A stretch of DNA of 64,000 nt from Candidatus Omnitrophota bacterium (GCA_025453395.1 JALOQK010000003.1:82711-146710), one strand, 5' to 3'; positions 47,280 to 57,560 are shown, counted from the first letter of the stretch. Numbers and translations are program-made. Notes: generated from the letters alone by a model not told the origin.

Positions 47280-48161
47280 ATGAAAATAAGAAATGCTTAT
47301 ATTTTACCTTTGATAATTGCTTGTTTACTGTTTTTGACAGGTTGCCATAAAGAAACCAAGGTTAAAAACGGCAATGGCGATGTCTATCCGGTTAAAGTAA
47401 GTAAAGTCCAGCTTCGTGATTTAGATGATATTATTGAATATGTGGGCAATGTTAAGGCGCAAGATGAGGCAGTGGTGTATCCTAAGGCAGCAGGTAAGAT
47501 CATTAAGAAGCTTAAGCAGGAGGGCGATATTGTGGCTAAGGCAGAGCCGATCCTTTTGATTGACCGCGATGAGGTGGGGTTGAAATTTGAGAATTCTCCG
47601 GTAGAAAGCCCCATCGACGGGGTAGTAGGCAGGGTATATGTGGACATAGGAGAAAATGTAAGCGCTCAAAGCAAGGTTGCCCTGGTGGTTAATATGGATA
47701 CGGTAAAAATTAATTTAGACATTCCAGAAAAATATCTTTCTAAGATTTCTTTGGGGCAGGAAGCAAAAGTTGGCGTGGATGCCTATCCTAAAGAGGAATT
47801 CCCCGGTAAAATTACCAAGATCAATCCGGTTGTGGATATTGCCAGCCGTTCCGCGCAGGTTGAAATAACCGTGGATAACCCGAAGCATTTCTTAAAGTCG
47901 GGGATGTTCGCTCGCGCCAGCCTTGTCTTGGAAAAACGTTCAAAGATAGTGGTCGTGATGAAGGAATCTGTTATCGGGAAAGGCCCGGATACCTATATTT
48001 ATACGGTCTCAAACGATACGGCATCTTTGAAAAAGGTTTCTTTGGGATTACGCTATGGGGCTTATTATGAGATTAAGAACGGGCTTTCTGCCGGTGATCA
48101 AGTAGTAGTCATGGGGCAGCAAAAACTATTTGAAGGCGCCAAAGTCAAAGTGGAGCAATAA
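47280..48161 (+). CDS. RND efflux periplasmic adaptor (membrane fusion protein, HlyD_D23 family) lipoprotein
   Basis: Lipobox 'LTGC'. Biotinyl-lipoyl-like and beta-barrel blocks ('VESPIDGVVGRVYVDIGENV'). Confidence 0.8.
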   Translation: MKIRNAYILPLIIACLLFLTGCHKETKVKNGNGDVYPVKVSKVQLRDLDDIIEYVGNVKAQDEAVVYPKAAGKIIKKLKQEGDIVAKAEPILLIDRDEVGLKFENSPVESPIDGVVGRVYVDIGENVSAQSKVALVVNMDTVKINLDIPEKYLSKISLGQEAKVGVDAYPKEEFPGKITKINPVVDIASRSAQVEITVDNPKHFLKSGMFARASLVLEKRSKIVVVMKESVIGKGPDTYIYTVSNDTASLKKVSLGLRYGAYYEIKNGLSAGDQVVVMGQQKLFEGAKVKVEQ

Positions 48162-51100
48162 TGAAGCTTCCCGAATTCGGAGTAAAGCGTCCGGTTACCA
48201 ATTTAATGATTTTCTGCGCGATCTTGGTTTTGGCTTTTTACAGCTTAAGCCGTCTGGGTATCGATCTGTATCCAGAAATTGAGCCTCCCGTAGTAAGCGT
48301 TATTACTGCTTATCCCGGGGCCAGCCCTGGGGATGTAGAAATAAAAGTAACCGAAGTCTTGGAAAACCAGTTAGCCACTACTCCGGCTCTGGAGAAAATT
48401 ACTTCTACTTCCGCTGAGGGGATTTCTTTTATAAACTTGAAGTTTATTTGGGGCACAGACCTTGATGCTGCCTCCAATGATATTCGTGATCGTATTGAGC
48501 TTGCTAAGCGGCTCTTGCCTGATATCCCCGATGAAATGGATAATCCTTATATATTCAAGTTTAACTCCGCGAATATCCCGATCCTTTTTATGGGCGTTAC
48601 CGCCAAGGAATCTTACACCCAGTTGTATGATATGATTGACCAGAGGTTAGGCGATGCCTTACGCCAGCTGCCCGGGGTGGGGACAGTGCAAATTCAGGGC
48701 GGCGGCCTTAAAAGGCAGATTAATATTTGGGTAGACAGGCAGAGGCTTGAGGGGTACGGGTTTTCTATCCTGGAGATAAATAATGTTATCGCCAAAGAAA
48801 ATATAACTCAACCGGTGGGGAACCTTAAGACCGGGATGACCGATTACCTTATTCGTTTGCCGGGAGAATTTAAGAATCCGGAAGAGATCAATAACGTTAT
48901 TCTGGGGATGCGTTCTGGAAAGGCAGTTTATCTAAAGGATGTTGCGCGCGTGGAGGATGGTTTTCAGGAAACAGTCAACGTGGTCAGGTTTAATAAAGAG
49001 CCGGCGCTTATGATGATGGTTCAGAAACAAAGCGGGACAAATACCGTTGAGGTTACTGAAAGGGTAAAACAAAAGCTTGCCCAAATGCAAAAGGTCTTGC
49101 CCGCGGATGTTAAGATAAGCATTGTCTTTGATACCTCTAAGGATATTATTAGTTCCATTAATACCTTAACATCTTCTTTGTGGCAGGCGATTGTTTTGGT
49201 TATTTTGGTAGTTTGGTTTTTCTTGCGCCAAGCCTCTCCCAGCATGATTATCGCTTTAAGCATACCCTTCTCATTATTGATAAGCTTTATCTACATATTC
49301 TTGGCGGGCAAGACCATCAACGCTATCAGTTTGTCGTCTTTGGCGATTGCTTCGGGCATGGTTGTGGATAATGCCATAGTGGTAGTAGATAATATTCATA
49401 GGAAGATGGAAAGCGGGCAGCGTATCAAAGAGGCCGCTATCTTCGGGGCGCAGGAGATGTTCTTGCCGATTGTCGCCTCCACGCTTACCACAGTAGTTGT
49501 TTTTGTGCCCATGCTTTTTATCCCCGGAGTAGTTGGTATTATGTTCGGGGAGTTGGCAATAATTGTTATTGTGACGCTTGCGGCCAGTCTTTTTACCGCG
49601 TCGACCTTTACGCCGATGCTTTGTTCCAAATGGATGGCTAAAATTGATAAAGCCAAGAAAGGCTGGGTGCAGGGGTGGTATAACGCTTGGGAAAGAATAT
49701 TTTGTTCTTGGGAAGAGGCCTATTCTAAATCCCTTGCCTGGGCGCTTAAGCATAAGAAAATAGTCATATTGGGCTTTACGGCGATTTTTATTTCTTCGCT
49801 TTTTCTCACCTCTTTTGTAGGGAATGAATTTATCCCCAATGAAGACACGGGGGATGTGCGCTTGACGGTAAATCTTCCTATAGGAACCAGGTTTGAAGAG
49901 TCAGAAAAAGTAGCTTCTAAAATAGAAGACATGATTAAATCCGATGTTCCGGAGGCCAGGCTTTATTTTGCCCGCTGCGGGCAAATTCCCGGGCAGGCTC
50001 GCGCTTATGGCAATACTTCTGGAAGCCATGTGATTGTTGCCGGAGCAAAGCTTGTTTCCAAGACACAGCGCAAGCGTTCGGATACGCAAATCGCGAATTC
50101 TTTGCGCTCAAAAATAGAAAATATCCCCGGAGTAATGAAGATAGATATAACTACCGGCAATCCGATAGGGCGTTTAATTACTGGCACAGGGGGGAAAAGC
50201 ATCCAGGTTGAGATTTTAGGAAATTCTTTTGAAGACACAGATGCTTTAGCAGCTAAGATAAAGCTTATTATGGAAAAGATCAACGGGGCAGTAGACGTGA
50301 GCATCTCCCGTGAAGCTAACCGGCCGGAATTGCGCCTTACCATTGACAGGGAAAAAGCAAGCTTCTTGGGCCTTAATATGTACACCATTACCCAGACTTT
50401 AAATACATATCTGCAAGGGTACACTGCTTCGCGTTATCGCGAGAAGGGTGAAACCTATGATATCTACGTGCGCCTTGAGGAATCTTCCCGCAGTAAAATA
50501 GAAGATATTGAAAATTTATTCGTCGTATCTTCCTCGGGCGAGAAAATACGCTTTTCCAATTTTGCCACTGTCCAGGAGACCACCAGCCCTCAGGAAATAG
50601 AGCGGAAGAACAGGCAGCGCCTTGTCAGGGTAGAATGTAACGCCTTTGGCCGTTCAAGCGGGAAGATAGTAGAAGATGTGAAGACAGCCTTGCGTGATGT
50701 TGTCCTGCCCCAGGATGTGATGCTTAATATCGGAGGCGAGGCCGAAGAGCAGGCCAAGGCCTTTAGAGATATGGGCATTTTGCTGGCCTTGGGGATTATT
50801 TTGGTGTATATGGTAATGGCCGCGCAGTTTGAATCTTTGCTGCAGCCGTTTATTATCATGTTTGCCATTCCTTTTACTTTTACAGGGGTTATCTGGGGAT
50901 TTTTGCTGACAGGGGTTACCTTAAGCTTAATTAGCTATCTGGGGATAATTATGCTAATGGGTATCGTTGTGAATAACGCTATAGTTTTAATAAGCTATAT
51001 TAATATTTTGCGCGCAAGAGGCCACGGTATTCTAGAGGCAGTGACTATGTCCGGGAAAAGTAGATTACGTCCGGTATTGATGACTACCATTACTACCCTA

Positions 51101-51277
51101 GTGGGGTTGTTGCCTTTGGCTTTATCGCGAGGTGAAGGTTCAGAAACTTGGCAGCCATTAGGGGTAACTATGATCGGGGGTTTGACCGTTTCAACCTTGA
51201 TTACTTTATTATTTGTTCCTACATTGTATGCGGTTTTTGAAGTCCGCCGCATTAAAAAGGAAGTGCCAAATGGATAA
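48161..51277 (+). CDS. RND-family efflux transporter permease (AcrB/CzcA superfamily, about 1038 aa)
   Basis: 12-TM + 2 large periplasmic loop architecture. TM4 'ASGMVVDNAIVVVDNI'. Confidence 0.85.
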   Translation: MKLPEFGVKRPVTNLMIFCAILVLAFYSLSRLGIDLYPEIEPPVVSVITAYPGASPGDVEIKVTEVLENQLATTPALEKITSTSAEGISFINLKFIWGTDLDAASNDIRDRIELAKRLLPDIPDEMDNPYIFKFNSANIPILFMGVTAKESYTQLYDMIDQRLGDALRQLPGVGTVQIQGGGLKRQINIWVDRQRLEGYGFSILEINNVIAKENITQPVGNLKTGMTDYLIRLPGEFKNPEEINNVILGMRSGKAVYLKDVARVEDGFQETVNVVRFNKEPALMMMVQKQSGTNTVEVTERVKQKLAQMQKVLPADVKISIVFDTSKDIISSINTLTSSLWQAIVLVILVVWFFLRQASPSMIIALSIPFSLLISFIYIFLAGKTINAISLSSLAIASGMVVDNAIVVVDNIHRKMESGQRIKEAAIFGAQEMFLPIVASTLTTVVVFVPMLFIPGVVGIMFGELAIIVIVTLAASLFTASTFTPMLCSKWMAKIDKAKKGWVQGWYNAWERIFCSWEEAYSKSLAWALKHKKIVILGFTAIFISSLFLTSFVGNEFIPNEDTGDVRLTVNLPIGTRFEESEKVASKIEDMIKSDVPEARLYFARCGQIPGQARAYGNTSGSHVIVAGAKLVSKTQRKRSDTQIANSLRSKIENIPGVMKIDITTGNPIGRLITGTGGKSIQVEILGNSFEDTDALAAKIKLIMEKINGAVDVSISREANRPELRLTIDREKASFLGLNMYTITQTLNTYLQGYTASRYREKGETYDIYVRLEESSRSKIEDIENLFVVSSSGEKIRFSNFATVQETTSPQEIERKNRQRLVRVECNAFGRSSGKIVEDVKTALRDVVLPQDVMLNIGGEAEEQAKAFRDMGILLALGIILVYMVMAAQFESLLQPFIIMFAIPFTFTGVIWGFLLTGVTLSLISYLGIIMLMGIVVNNAIVLISYINILRARGHGILEAVTMSGKSRLRPVLMTTITTLVGLLPLALSRGEGSETWQPLGVTMIGGLTVSTLITLLFVPTLYAVFEVRRIKKEVPNG

Positions 51278-51563
51278 AATGATTATGATCATCTATAACG
51301 AAGCCATAGACATTGAAGTTATGGAGGTTTTAGAAAAGTGCGCGGTAAAAAGTTATACTAAGGTTCCGGGGGTCTTTGGCGCAGGAGAAAAATCCGGCAT
51401 ACATTTAGGCGATGATATCTGGCCGGGAAGGAACAATTTGCTTTTTGCTGCGGTAAACGCCATCCAGTCGGCAAAGGTTTTGGAAGAAATAAGAAAGTTA
51501 CGAATAAGTTTAGCCCATGAAGGGGTTAAGGCGTTTGTTATGCCAATTGAATCCTTCACATAA
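51270..51563 (+). CDS. PII-like small protein (DUF3240-like, commonly encoded next to RND pumps)
   Basis: 'MIMIIYNEAIDIEVMEVLEKCAVKSYTKVPGVFGAGEKSG' follows the beta-alpha-beta PII/GlnB-like pattern. Start taken at 'MDKMIMII', overlapping the RND stop. Confidence 0.4.
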   Translation: MDKMIMIIYNEAIDIEVMEVLEKCAVKSYTKVPGVFGAGEKSGIHLGDDIWPGRNNLLFAAVNAIQSAKVLEEIRKLRISLAHEGVKAFVMPIESFT

Positions 51564-51565
51564 TC

Positions 51566-52228
51566 TTAGCTGGGGCTAAAGATGTAGCCTTTTGCATAAA
51601 CACTTCTTATATACCTGTTTCCGATCTTTTTGCGCAAGGCATTGATGTGCACGTCTACTGTGCGGGTGTCTTGCGCGCTGTGGTATCCCCAAACCTGCTG
51701 CAAAAGTTCTTCCCGGGAAACCACCTTGTCTTTATTGGAGATTAAAAAGCGCAGGATCTTCAATTCCAATAGTGAAAGCGCAAGCTTCCTTTTTTTCTTC
51801 ACAGCAAGGCATCTTCGAAAGTCTATTTCCAGCGCGCCATCTTTATACTCTACCGCAGTAGAAGCTTCTTTGCGCCGCAGAAGGGCTTTTATTCTGGCTT
51901 TTAACTCCTCCAGGCTGAAGGGTTTAGTGATATAATCATCACTTCCCATTTCAAGCCCCTTGACTTTATCCGAGATCTGATCTTTTGCCGTGAGCATAAT
52001 AATACAAGCGTCAATGCCGTTTTCTTTTAGTTTCCGGCATAACAAGAAGCCGTCTGCGTCAGGCAGGATTATATCCAGCAAAATAAGATCCACTTCTTGG
52101 GATTGGGCTATATTTAAGCCTTCTTTTCCGGTTGAAGCGCTTAATACAGTATATTCTTTTTCCAGCTCGTCTTTTAATCCCAGCATAATCGCCGGCTCGT
52201 CTTCTATTATCAATATCTTGTTAGGCAT
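51566..52228 (-). CDS. OmpR/PhoB-family response regulator
   Basis: Receiver 'ILIIEDEP...DLILLDIILPDADG...IIMLTAK' plus winged-helix C-terminus. Confidence 0.85.
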   Translation of the reverse strand: MPNKILIIEDEPAIMLGLKDELEKEYTVLSASTGKEGLNIAQSQEVDLILLDIILPDADGFLLCRKLKENGIDACIIMLTAKDQISDKVKGLEMGSDDYITKPFSLEELKARIKALLRRKEASTAVEYKDGALEIDFRRCLAVKKKRKLALSLLELKILRFLISNKDKVVSREELLQQVWGYHSAQDTRTVDVHINALRKKIGNRYIRSVYAKGYIFSPS

Positions 52229-52242
52229 AAACTTTCAATTTT

Positions 52243-53187
52243 TTAGGGTATGGTTATGGTGAATTTTACCCCTCGCGGGATTTGATTTTCTACCGTAATT
52301 TCTCCATGGTTTTTTTCTATGAAATTCTTGGCTAAGGTTAACCCCAGGCCGGTGCCTTTGCCTTTGTGGTAAAACGGGTCAAATATTTTCTTCTGCTCAT
52401 CTTTTGGTATTCCATCTCCCTGGTCGATAATCTCTATTGTTGCGCCCTGTCCTTGGGCGGACAAATTAATAGTTATTTTACCCGATGCGGGTGAAAATTT
52501 CAGGGCGTTGTCCAATATATTGATAAATGCGCGGGTAAATGATTCTTTGTCCAGCTTGATCTTATGCCCTATGTCTTTGAAGTTTATTTCCAGGCGGCAA
52601 TCAGGGCGGATTAAAGACGCGGGGTATTCCTGGATAGCTTTTTGCGTTAACTGGCCAATGTCTGTTTCTTCAAAACACAAATTTTCTTTTTTGTTTTCCG
52701 CCTTAGAAAAGTCCAAGATATTGCTGATTAGGCTGCTCAAATAATAGCTTTGCTGCAGGATGTGCAAGTGGTATTGGCTTTGTTTATCCGCTTCTTGAGG
52801 ATTATTCACCAGCCTTTCTGCTAAAAGCCGTATTGCGGTTAAGGGTGTTTTTAATTCGTGGGAAACGGTGGAAACGAAGTTGTTTTTCAGCTTTGATATT
52901 TCCATCTGCCTTTGGATGTCTTGAGAGCTTAAATAGCTTCCCGTGGCCATGATAAGGACCAGGGCAAAAATGATGAGCGAGAAAGCCAGGGTGCTTATTT
53001 TGGTATAGGAACCGATATTTTCTCTTATAAAAAACGCTTTTCCGGACTCGTTTAGGACATAGGAAATTATCTGGTATTGACGGGTGAGCATCCAGAGGGC
53101 GATTACCCCCAGGATGACGCTTGAGGCAACTACAATATAAGCGTAAATTTCTATGCGTTTATTGTTTATAAAGTCAACTTTGCCCAT
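52243..53187 (-). CDS. Sensor histidine kinase (HisKA + HATPase_c), membrane-anchored
   Basis: H-box 'VSHELKTPLTAI', N-box 'ILDNALKFSP', G-boxes 'DQGDGIP', 'GTGLGLTLAK'. Confidence 0.85.
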   Translation of the reverse strand: MGKVDFINNKRIEIYAYIVVASSVILGVIALWMLTRQYQIISYVLNESGKAFFIRENIGSYTKISTLAFSLIIFALVLIMATGSYLSSQDIQRQMEISKLKNNFVSTVSHELKTPLTAIRLLAERLVNNPQEADKQSQYHLHILQQSYYLSSLISNILDFSKAENKKENLCFEETDIGQLTQKAIQEYPASLIRPDCRLEINFKDIGHKIKLDKESFTRAFINILDNALKFSPASGKITINLSAQGQGATIEIIDQGDGIPKDEQKKIFDPFYHKGKGTGLGLTLAKNFIEKNHGEITVENQIPRGVKFTITIP

Positions 53188-53317
53188 TAAAGTAAATCTA
53201 ACACAGCAGCCCTAAGATGTAAAGGGAATTTAGGATTGTAAGGGAAATGTAAAATCAGCTTAAAAGGTATTGCAATTGTCTTTGGAAAGAGGTATATTTT
53301 GTATAAGGAGAATTATC

Positions 53318-56300
53318 ATGGAAAAGATTACCGGGAATAAAGGGATGGTTCTTATTGTTTCTCTTTTCTTGGCCATTGTAATCGCTACCATGGCTGGCAT
53401 ATTATATTTTCGCGCGGTTAACGAATCGCGTTTGTCAGTAATAAGCGACGCGGCGCTTCAGGCTTTTTACGAAGCAGAGGCGGGACTGGCTTTTGCTTAT
53501 GCCGCGGAAAAAAAGAGCAATTTTACCTGGTTTACCCACGCAGATAAGATTACAAAGGCAAGCGCAGTTTCGGTTCCTTCTGGCGTTCCGGGCGCAATTG
53601 ATAACTCAAGCGGTTGTTATGTTGTATCAGGGCGTAATTTTAAAGTCAAAACTTTCCCAGAGAAAAAAGGTACTGTTGAAACCGGAATTGTGGTTGTGCT
53701 GTCACAGGCTACTATTAACGGGGTTACCCGTACTTTAGAGCATCGCATTGGCCAGAAATCCGCTTATCAATATTTTTTCTTCTTTCCTGAAGACCACACC
53801 TTTGATACCGCCACTTACGACGGACGCAACTTTGGCGGGCTTCATGTGAATGGCGATATCAACCTTATCAACCATCCGACCTTTGCTTTCTTAACTGAAT
53901 TAAGCAGCGGTTCAAATACTTCCCATAAAGGCTATATCCGAAGGCCGCTTTTAGAGGCCTTTACAGCTTTAAGCGGCAACAAGGATTATAATATTTCAGC
54001 TTCTAGCGTCCAAGGGCTTCCATGGCAGCTTTATACAAATATTAACTATCGCACTTCAAACGGAGATATCGGTTCAGGAACATATACTACTTTTAAGATT
54101 GGCGATATCAACAGCCCCGCAACAATAAATATCCCAGAATATATGGGCGGGCAGTGGTCATTTGATAAATATACCAAGGCGGGTTCGCCCACAACTTATA
54201 ATATTACGGAAACCTCTTTGAAGAATGCCGGATTGCGAGAGATTACTTCTTCCGCAGGAGATGTTTCCTTGTTTGATAATAACAAATCTATCAATATCAA
54301 CTTTGGGGGTTCACCAGAAAGCCTTACTGAGAAAGAAATGTTTAAGAGGATATACAACCTTCCGGATGATCAGCAAACCAGTTATTGGAGCCAATATTGG
54401 GATCAGTGGAAAGTCAATCATAATTCCGATTATTCAGCTTATCATACTTCTGGAGTGTTAACAGCGGGAGATGATTGGAAAAGAAGATTATTTTGGGCAA
54501 CTTATGACTGGAAAGATTACAATTCTGACGGTATCCCTTACGGAATAAACCGGGAGTGGTGGGAAGATTTAAGTTATGGAGACGATTATTACGATTATGG
54601 CCCTAATGGCACATCCCCGGCCTGCGTGGTAGACCACGACACAGGATTGTCATTAGATAAATATTTCTTGAACACAGAAGAACAGGGTACGCAATGGAAA
54701 AATTTGTTAGATGCAAACAACCTTGATGAGGCCGCAGATAATAAAACCCTTGTTTTAGACAGAAGCCAGGGCGGCAAAGAAATCAATGCCGGGGATATCA
54801 TTAGCAATTATGATACTTCAAGTTATAGTGTTTTAGAAGGCCAAGCGCGCAACAGCGGGATTTATATGGGGGTTAAGACTGATCAGGCCTATAAGGATTG
54901 GCAGATTTTGGCTGTGACTGCCAGCATGAAGGCAAATTCTGCGCTTGATAAAGCGAATGCCAAATTTTCTGAATGCACGGTAAAATATAATCAGACCGCA
55001 TGTTCTTCAACTTCCGGAGGCTCAACATCAGCAGAAGCCGTTGCTTGTTGGTCAGATTATAGCGGCCTATACCAAAAATATACTCAAGCTTATGGCGAAT
55101 ACACGCAAGTTATGCAGGATAAGCCTCCTACTGTTTGGTGGGAAGGTAAAAATTCAAATCTTCTTAAGGATTGCGTTTCTGAAACTCCGTTTTATAACGC
55201 GCAAAACCCTGCCCGGGGCAGCGATGGGAAATATTCTCCCAGCCATATCCTTACCATTGATTTAGCTAAGCTTAAAAGCAATATTGACCAGAAAGGTTCG
55301 GGTTTTAACGGGATCATCTATATAGATTTGGACGCTTACCAATGGCAAGAGAATACTGTGGATGACGGAACTAAAGTTTCAGATGAAAAGAGCGCTATTG
55401 GAGTAATGTTTGTTAATGGAGAGCGCCTTCCGGATCAGGGTTTAAGCATAGTTACTAAGCATAATGTTTACGTTAAGGGGGATTTTAACCTTGACCCGGA
55501 TGGAGATTCTAGCCGTAACCGCGCTGCCGACCCCTCAAATGTTTTAAATACCGTTGCGAATAATAAAGGCCTTGATGTTGATGATTTTAAATGGCGCCCA
55601 GCGGAAATAATCACCTACAGGCAGGTATACTTTCTATCGAATGATTTCAATCTGCCAAAAACCATGCCTTTATTGGATACACAATATGGGCAATTTTACG
55701 ATGAATATTATAATAAGACTCGAGCGGATGTGGTTACGCATCCTTTATATGGCGCACCGGATACTGCCACAAGCGCTTCTGCCAGTTGGATGCCTGCGTA
55801 TAATAGCTCGGATTCTTCATGGGGGAAGATAAATGATTGGTTTTCTCTTACCGGGATAACCCCCCCAGCTTCATGGGATGTAAACTGGCTTGATGGCAAT
55901 CAGCTGAACCAGATGGATTCCACCCCGGATTTGTTAACTGGCGTAAACGGGAAACAATACCCCAAATGGGATAATTACAGCTGGAGTGATTCTTATGTCT
56001 ATAAATTAGACGATGGCTCAGGCGGGACAACATATATCATGCGTCAGGATTTAAAGTATCAACTTTATAGCAAAGTACTGAGTGCCTATAGAAATCAATA
56101 CGCTTACAATGTTAGTAACTCGCCCGCGGCATACCAGATGGTTGATGTTGTGACCCGCCCGGAAAGCTATATTTACAATACGGCAGTGATTACTCCCTAT
56201 GCCCCAGAGGGGTATAGTTTAGAGCGCTGGAACAATAAGAATCGCGTGATTAACGGCGCGTTTATTCAGCTGCCTTCAGGTATGCAACTTCCCGTTCCCG

Positions 56301-56476
56301 TTGAATCTTATAAGGATACTGGTTCCGGAGCAATAAGGTTTAACCAGCCCAAGAAAACATTTAATTATGAGTCTCGCTTTGGTAAAAACGGGGATCCTTC
56401 TGATCAGCCCCACGCAAGGTTATTATTTGGCATGGATTCAACATGGAGGGAAATAAATAATGCCGCGTTTCAATAA
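53318..56476 (+). CDS. Giant PilX-N-domain minor-pilin-like protein (about 1050 aa), a putative pilus tip adhesin
   Basis: N-terminal 'KGMVLIVSLFLAIVIATMAGILYFRAVNESRLSVISDAALQAFYEAEAGLAFAYA' matches the PilX_N pattern (hydrophobic helix + 'QAFyaAEAGl'). The remainder is N/Y/W/D/S/T-rich with no TM. Confidence 0.55.
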   Translation: MEKITGNKGMVLIVSLFLAIVIATMAGILYFRAVNESRLSVISDAALQAFYEAEAGLAFAYAAEKKSNFTWFTHADKITKASAVSVPSGVPGAIDNSSGCYVVSGRNFKVKTFPEKKGTVETGIVVVLSQATINGVTRTLEHRIGQKSAYQYFFFFPEDHTFDTATYDGRNFGGLHVNGDINLINHPTFAFLTELSSGSNTSHKGYIRRPLLEAFTALSGNKDYNISASSVQGLPWQLYTNINYRTSNGDIGSGTYTTFKIGDINSPATINIPEYMGGQWSFDKYTKAGSPTTYNITETSLKNAGLREITSSAGDVSLFDNNKSININFGGSPESLTEKEMFKRIYNLPDDQQTSYWSQYWDQWKVNHNSDYSAYHTSGVLTAGDDWKRRLFWATYDWKDYNSDGIPYGINREWWEDLSYGDDYYDYGPNGTSPACVVDHDTGLSLDKYFLNTEEQGTQWKNLLDANNLDEAADNKTLVLDRSQGGKEINAGDIISNYDTSSYSVLEGQARNSGIYMGVKTDQAYKDWQILAVTASMKANSALDKANAKFSECTVKYNQTACSSTSGGSTSAEAVACWSDYSGLYQKYTQAYGEYTQVMQDKPPTVWWEGKNSNLLKDCVSETPFYNAQNPARGSDGKYSPSHILTIDLAKLKSNIDQKGSGFNGIIYIDLDAYQWQENTVDDGTKVSDEKSAIGVMFVNGERLPDQGLSIVTKHNVYVKGDFNLDPDGDSSRNRAADPSNVLNTVANNKGLDVDDFKWRPAEIITYRQVYFLSNDFNLPKTMPLLDTQYGQFYDEYYNKTRADVVTHPLYGAPDTATSASASWMPAYNSSDSSWGKINDWFSLTGITPPASWDVNWLDGNQLNQMDSTPDLLTGVNGKQYPKWDNYSWSDSYVYKLDDGSGGTTYIMRQDLKYQLYSKVLSAYRNQYAYNVSNSPAAYQMVDVVTRPESYIYNTAVITPYAPEGYSLERWNNKNRVINGAFIQLPSGMQLPVPVESYKDTGSGAIRFNQPKKTFNYESRFGKNGDPSDQPHARLLFGMDSTWREINNAAFQ

Positions 56477-56867
56477 GAATAAGGGTTTTAGTTTGATTGA
56501 AATCCTTGTTGCCTGCGTGATTATCGCGGCATCCGCAGGAGCTTTTATGCTGTCTTTAGGCCAGACAGCTAAGGCAACCGGAACATTTGATGATACCGAT
56601 ATAGCGCTTAATGCCGCCCAGTCTAAGATGGAAGAGGTCGGAAATGAAGATTTTAGCACCGATAATATAGCTAATATTATATCAGCATACAATAATAAAT
56701 ATTTCGCGGTATCCGGGCTTTCCGCGCCAAACAATTGGCCCAACCCAATACTTGTGACTATAAGCCAGATCAATAATGATTTATATGATGTTTTGGTTAA
56801 AGTAAGTTGGCAGGCCAGGGGAAGGACATATCTTAAGCAATTAAAAAGGACATTCGCTTTGAAATAA
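56460..56867 (+). CDS. Type IV pilin / pseudopilin with prepilin N-terminal cleavage-methylation motif
   Basis: 'NKGFSLIEILVACVIIAASAGAF' = G|FxLIE prepilin peptidase site plus hydrophobic helix. Confidence 0.75.
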   Translation: MPRFNKNKGFSLIEILVACVIIAASAGAFMLSLGQTAKATGTFDDTDIALNAAQSKMEEVGNEDFSTDNIANIISAYNNKYFAVSGLSAPNNWPNPILVTISQINNDLYDVLVKVSWQARGRTYLKQLKRTFALK

Positions 56868-56868
56868 T

Positions 56869-57486
56869 ATGAAGAATAAGGGGTTTACTTTAGTTGAAGT
56901 ATTTATTTCTGCGGGGATAATGTTATTGGTTGTTGGGACAGCCTATACTATTATCTTGACAGGAAATTTTTCTATGAACACGCAGGAAAACGAAATTAAT
57001 GCTCAAAATTCCGCGCAGCTTGCCTTATTTCAAATAGCCCAAGATTTACGCCTTGCAAGCGGAGTTAAGGTTTGGGTTTCTGACGGTTTTGGGACTACAC
57101 AGGGCACACCAGCAGTCGCCTATAAAGTAGTAAACTTTCAAATACCTGTGGGCAGCTTTGAGTCTGCGATAGCTCTGGATAGCAATAATTACATTTCTTG
57201 GGGCAGTGAAAGGCTAAGCTTAAGCGATGATGGCACGGGTAATTATATCGCTTATAGCCTCGATAACCAGGGCCAGATCATAAGGACAGTTTATAGCGCG
57301 TCTGGCACAGTCTATACCACTAAAAAGACAAGGATTGTGGCAAGGAACATTTCTAGCCTGAATTTCACGCGCAGCTTATCAGAAAATTTACTGCAGATTC
57401 AAATTACTTCTAATATTCTAGCCAGCAAGCAGTCCGCGCCCATACAAAAGACGGTGTCCACGACAGTATTATTAAGGAACGGTTAA
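56869..57486 (+). CDS. Minor pilin (PilW/GspJ-like) with prepilin N-terminal motif
   Basis: 'NKGFTLVEVFISAGIMLLVVGTAY' prepilin motif. 'LALFQIAQDLRLAS' resembles PilW-type minor pilins. Confidence 0.7.
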   Translation: MKNKGFTLVEVFISAGIMLLVVGTAYTIILTGNFSMNTQENEINAQNSAQLALFQIAQDLRLASGVKVWVSDGFGTTQGTPAVAYKVVNFQIPVGSFESAIALDSNNYISWGSERLSLSDDGTGNYIAYSLDNQGQIIRTVYSASGTVYTTKKTRIVARNISSLNFTRSLSENLLQIQITSNILASKQSAPIQKTVSTTVLLRNG

Positions 57487-57531
57487 TCCAACCCTTTTAT
57501 AATCCTATACTTACATTCTAAACAAAATTGC

Positions 57532-57560
57532 TTGACAGGGTTGTTTTGTCTTTATATAAT
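57532..57560 (+). promoter_or_regulatory. Consensus sigma70 promoter TTGACA-N17-TATAAT in front of the biosynthetic locus
   Basis: Read directly. TTGACA at 57532-57537, 17-nt spacer, TATAAT at 57555-57560. RBS 'gaaggaag' precedes the ATG at 57614. Confidence 0.6.

Noticed and set aside
49274-49753. 159-aa minus-strand ORF and several 60-140-aa ORFs inside the RND permease gene
   Set aside because: Embedded in a 1038-aa gene with unambiguous AcrB/CzcA architecture. Arg/Lys-rich antisense artefacts.
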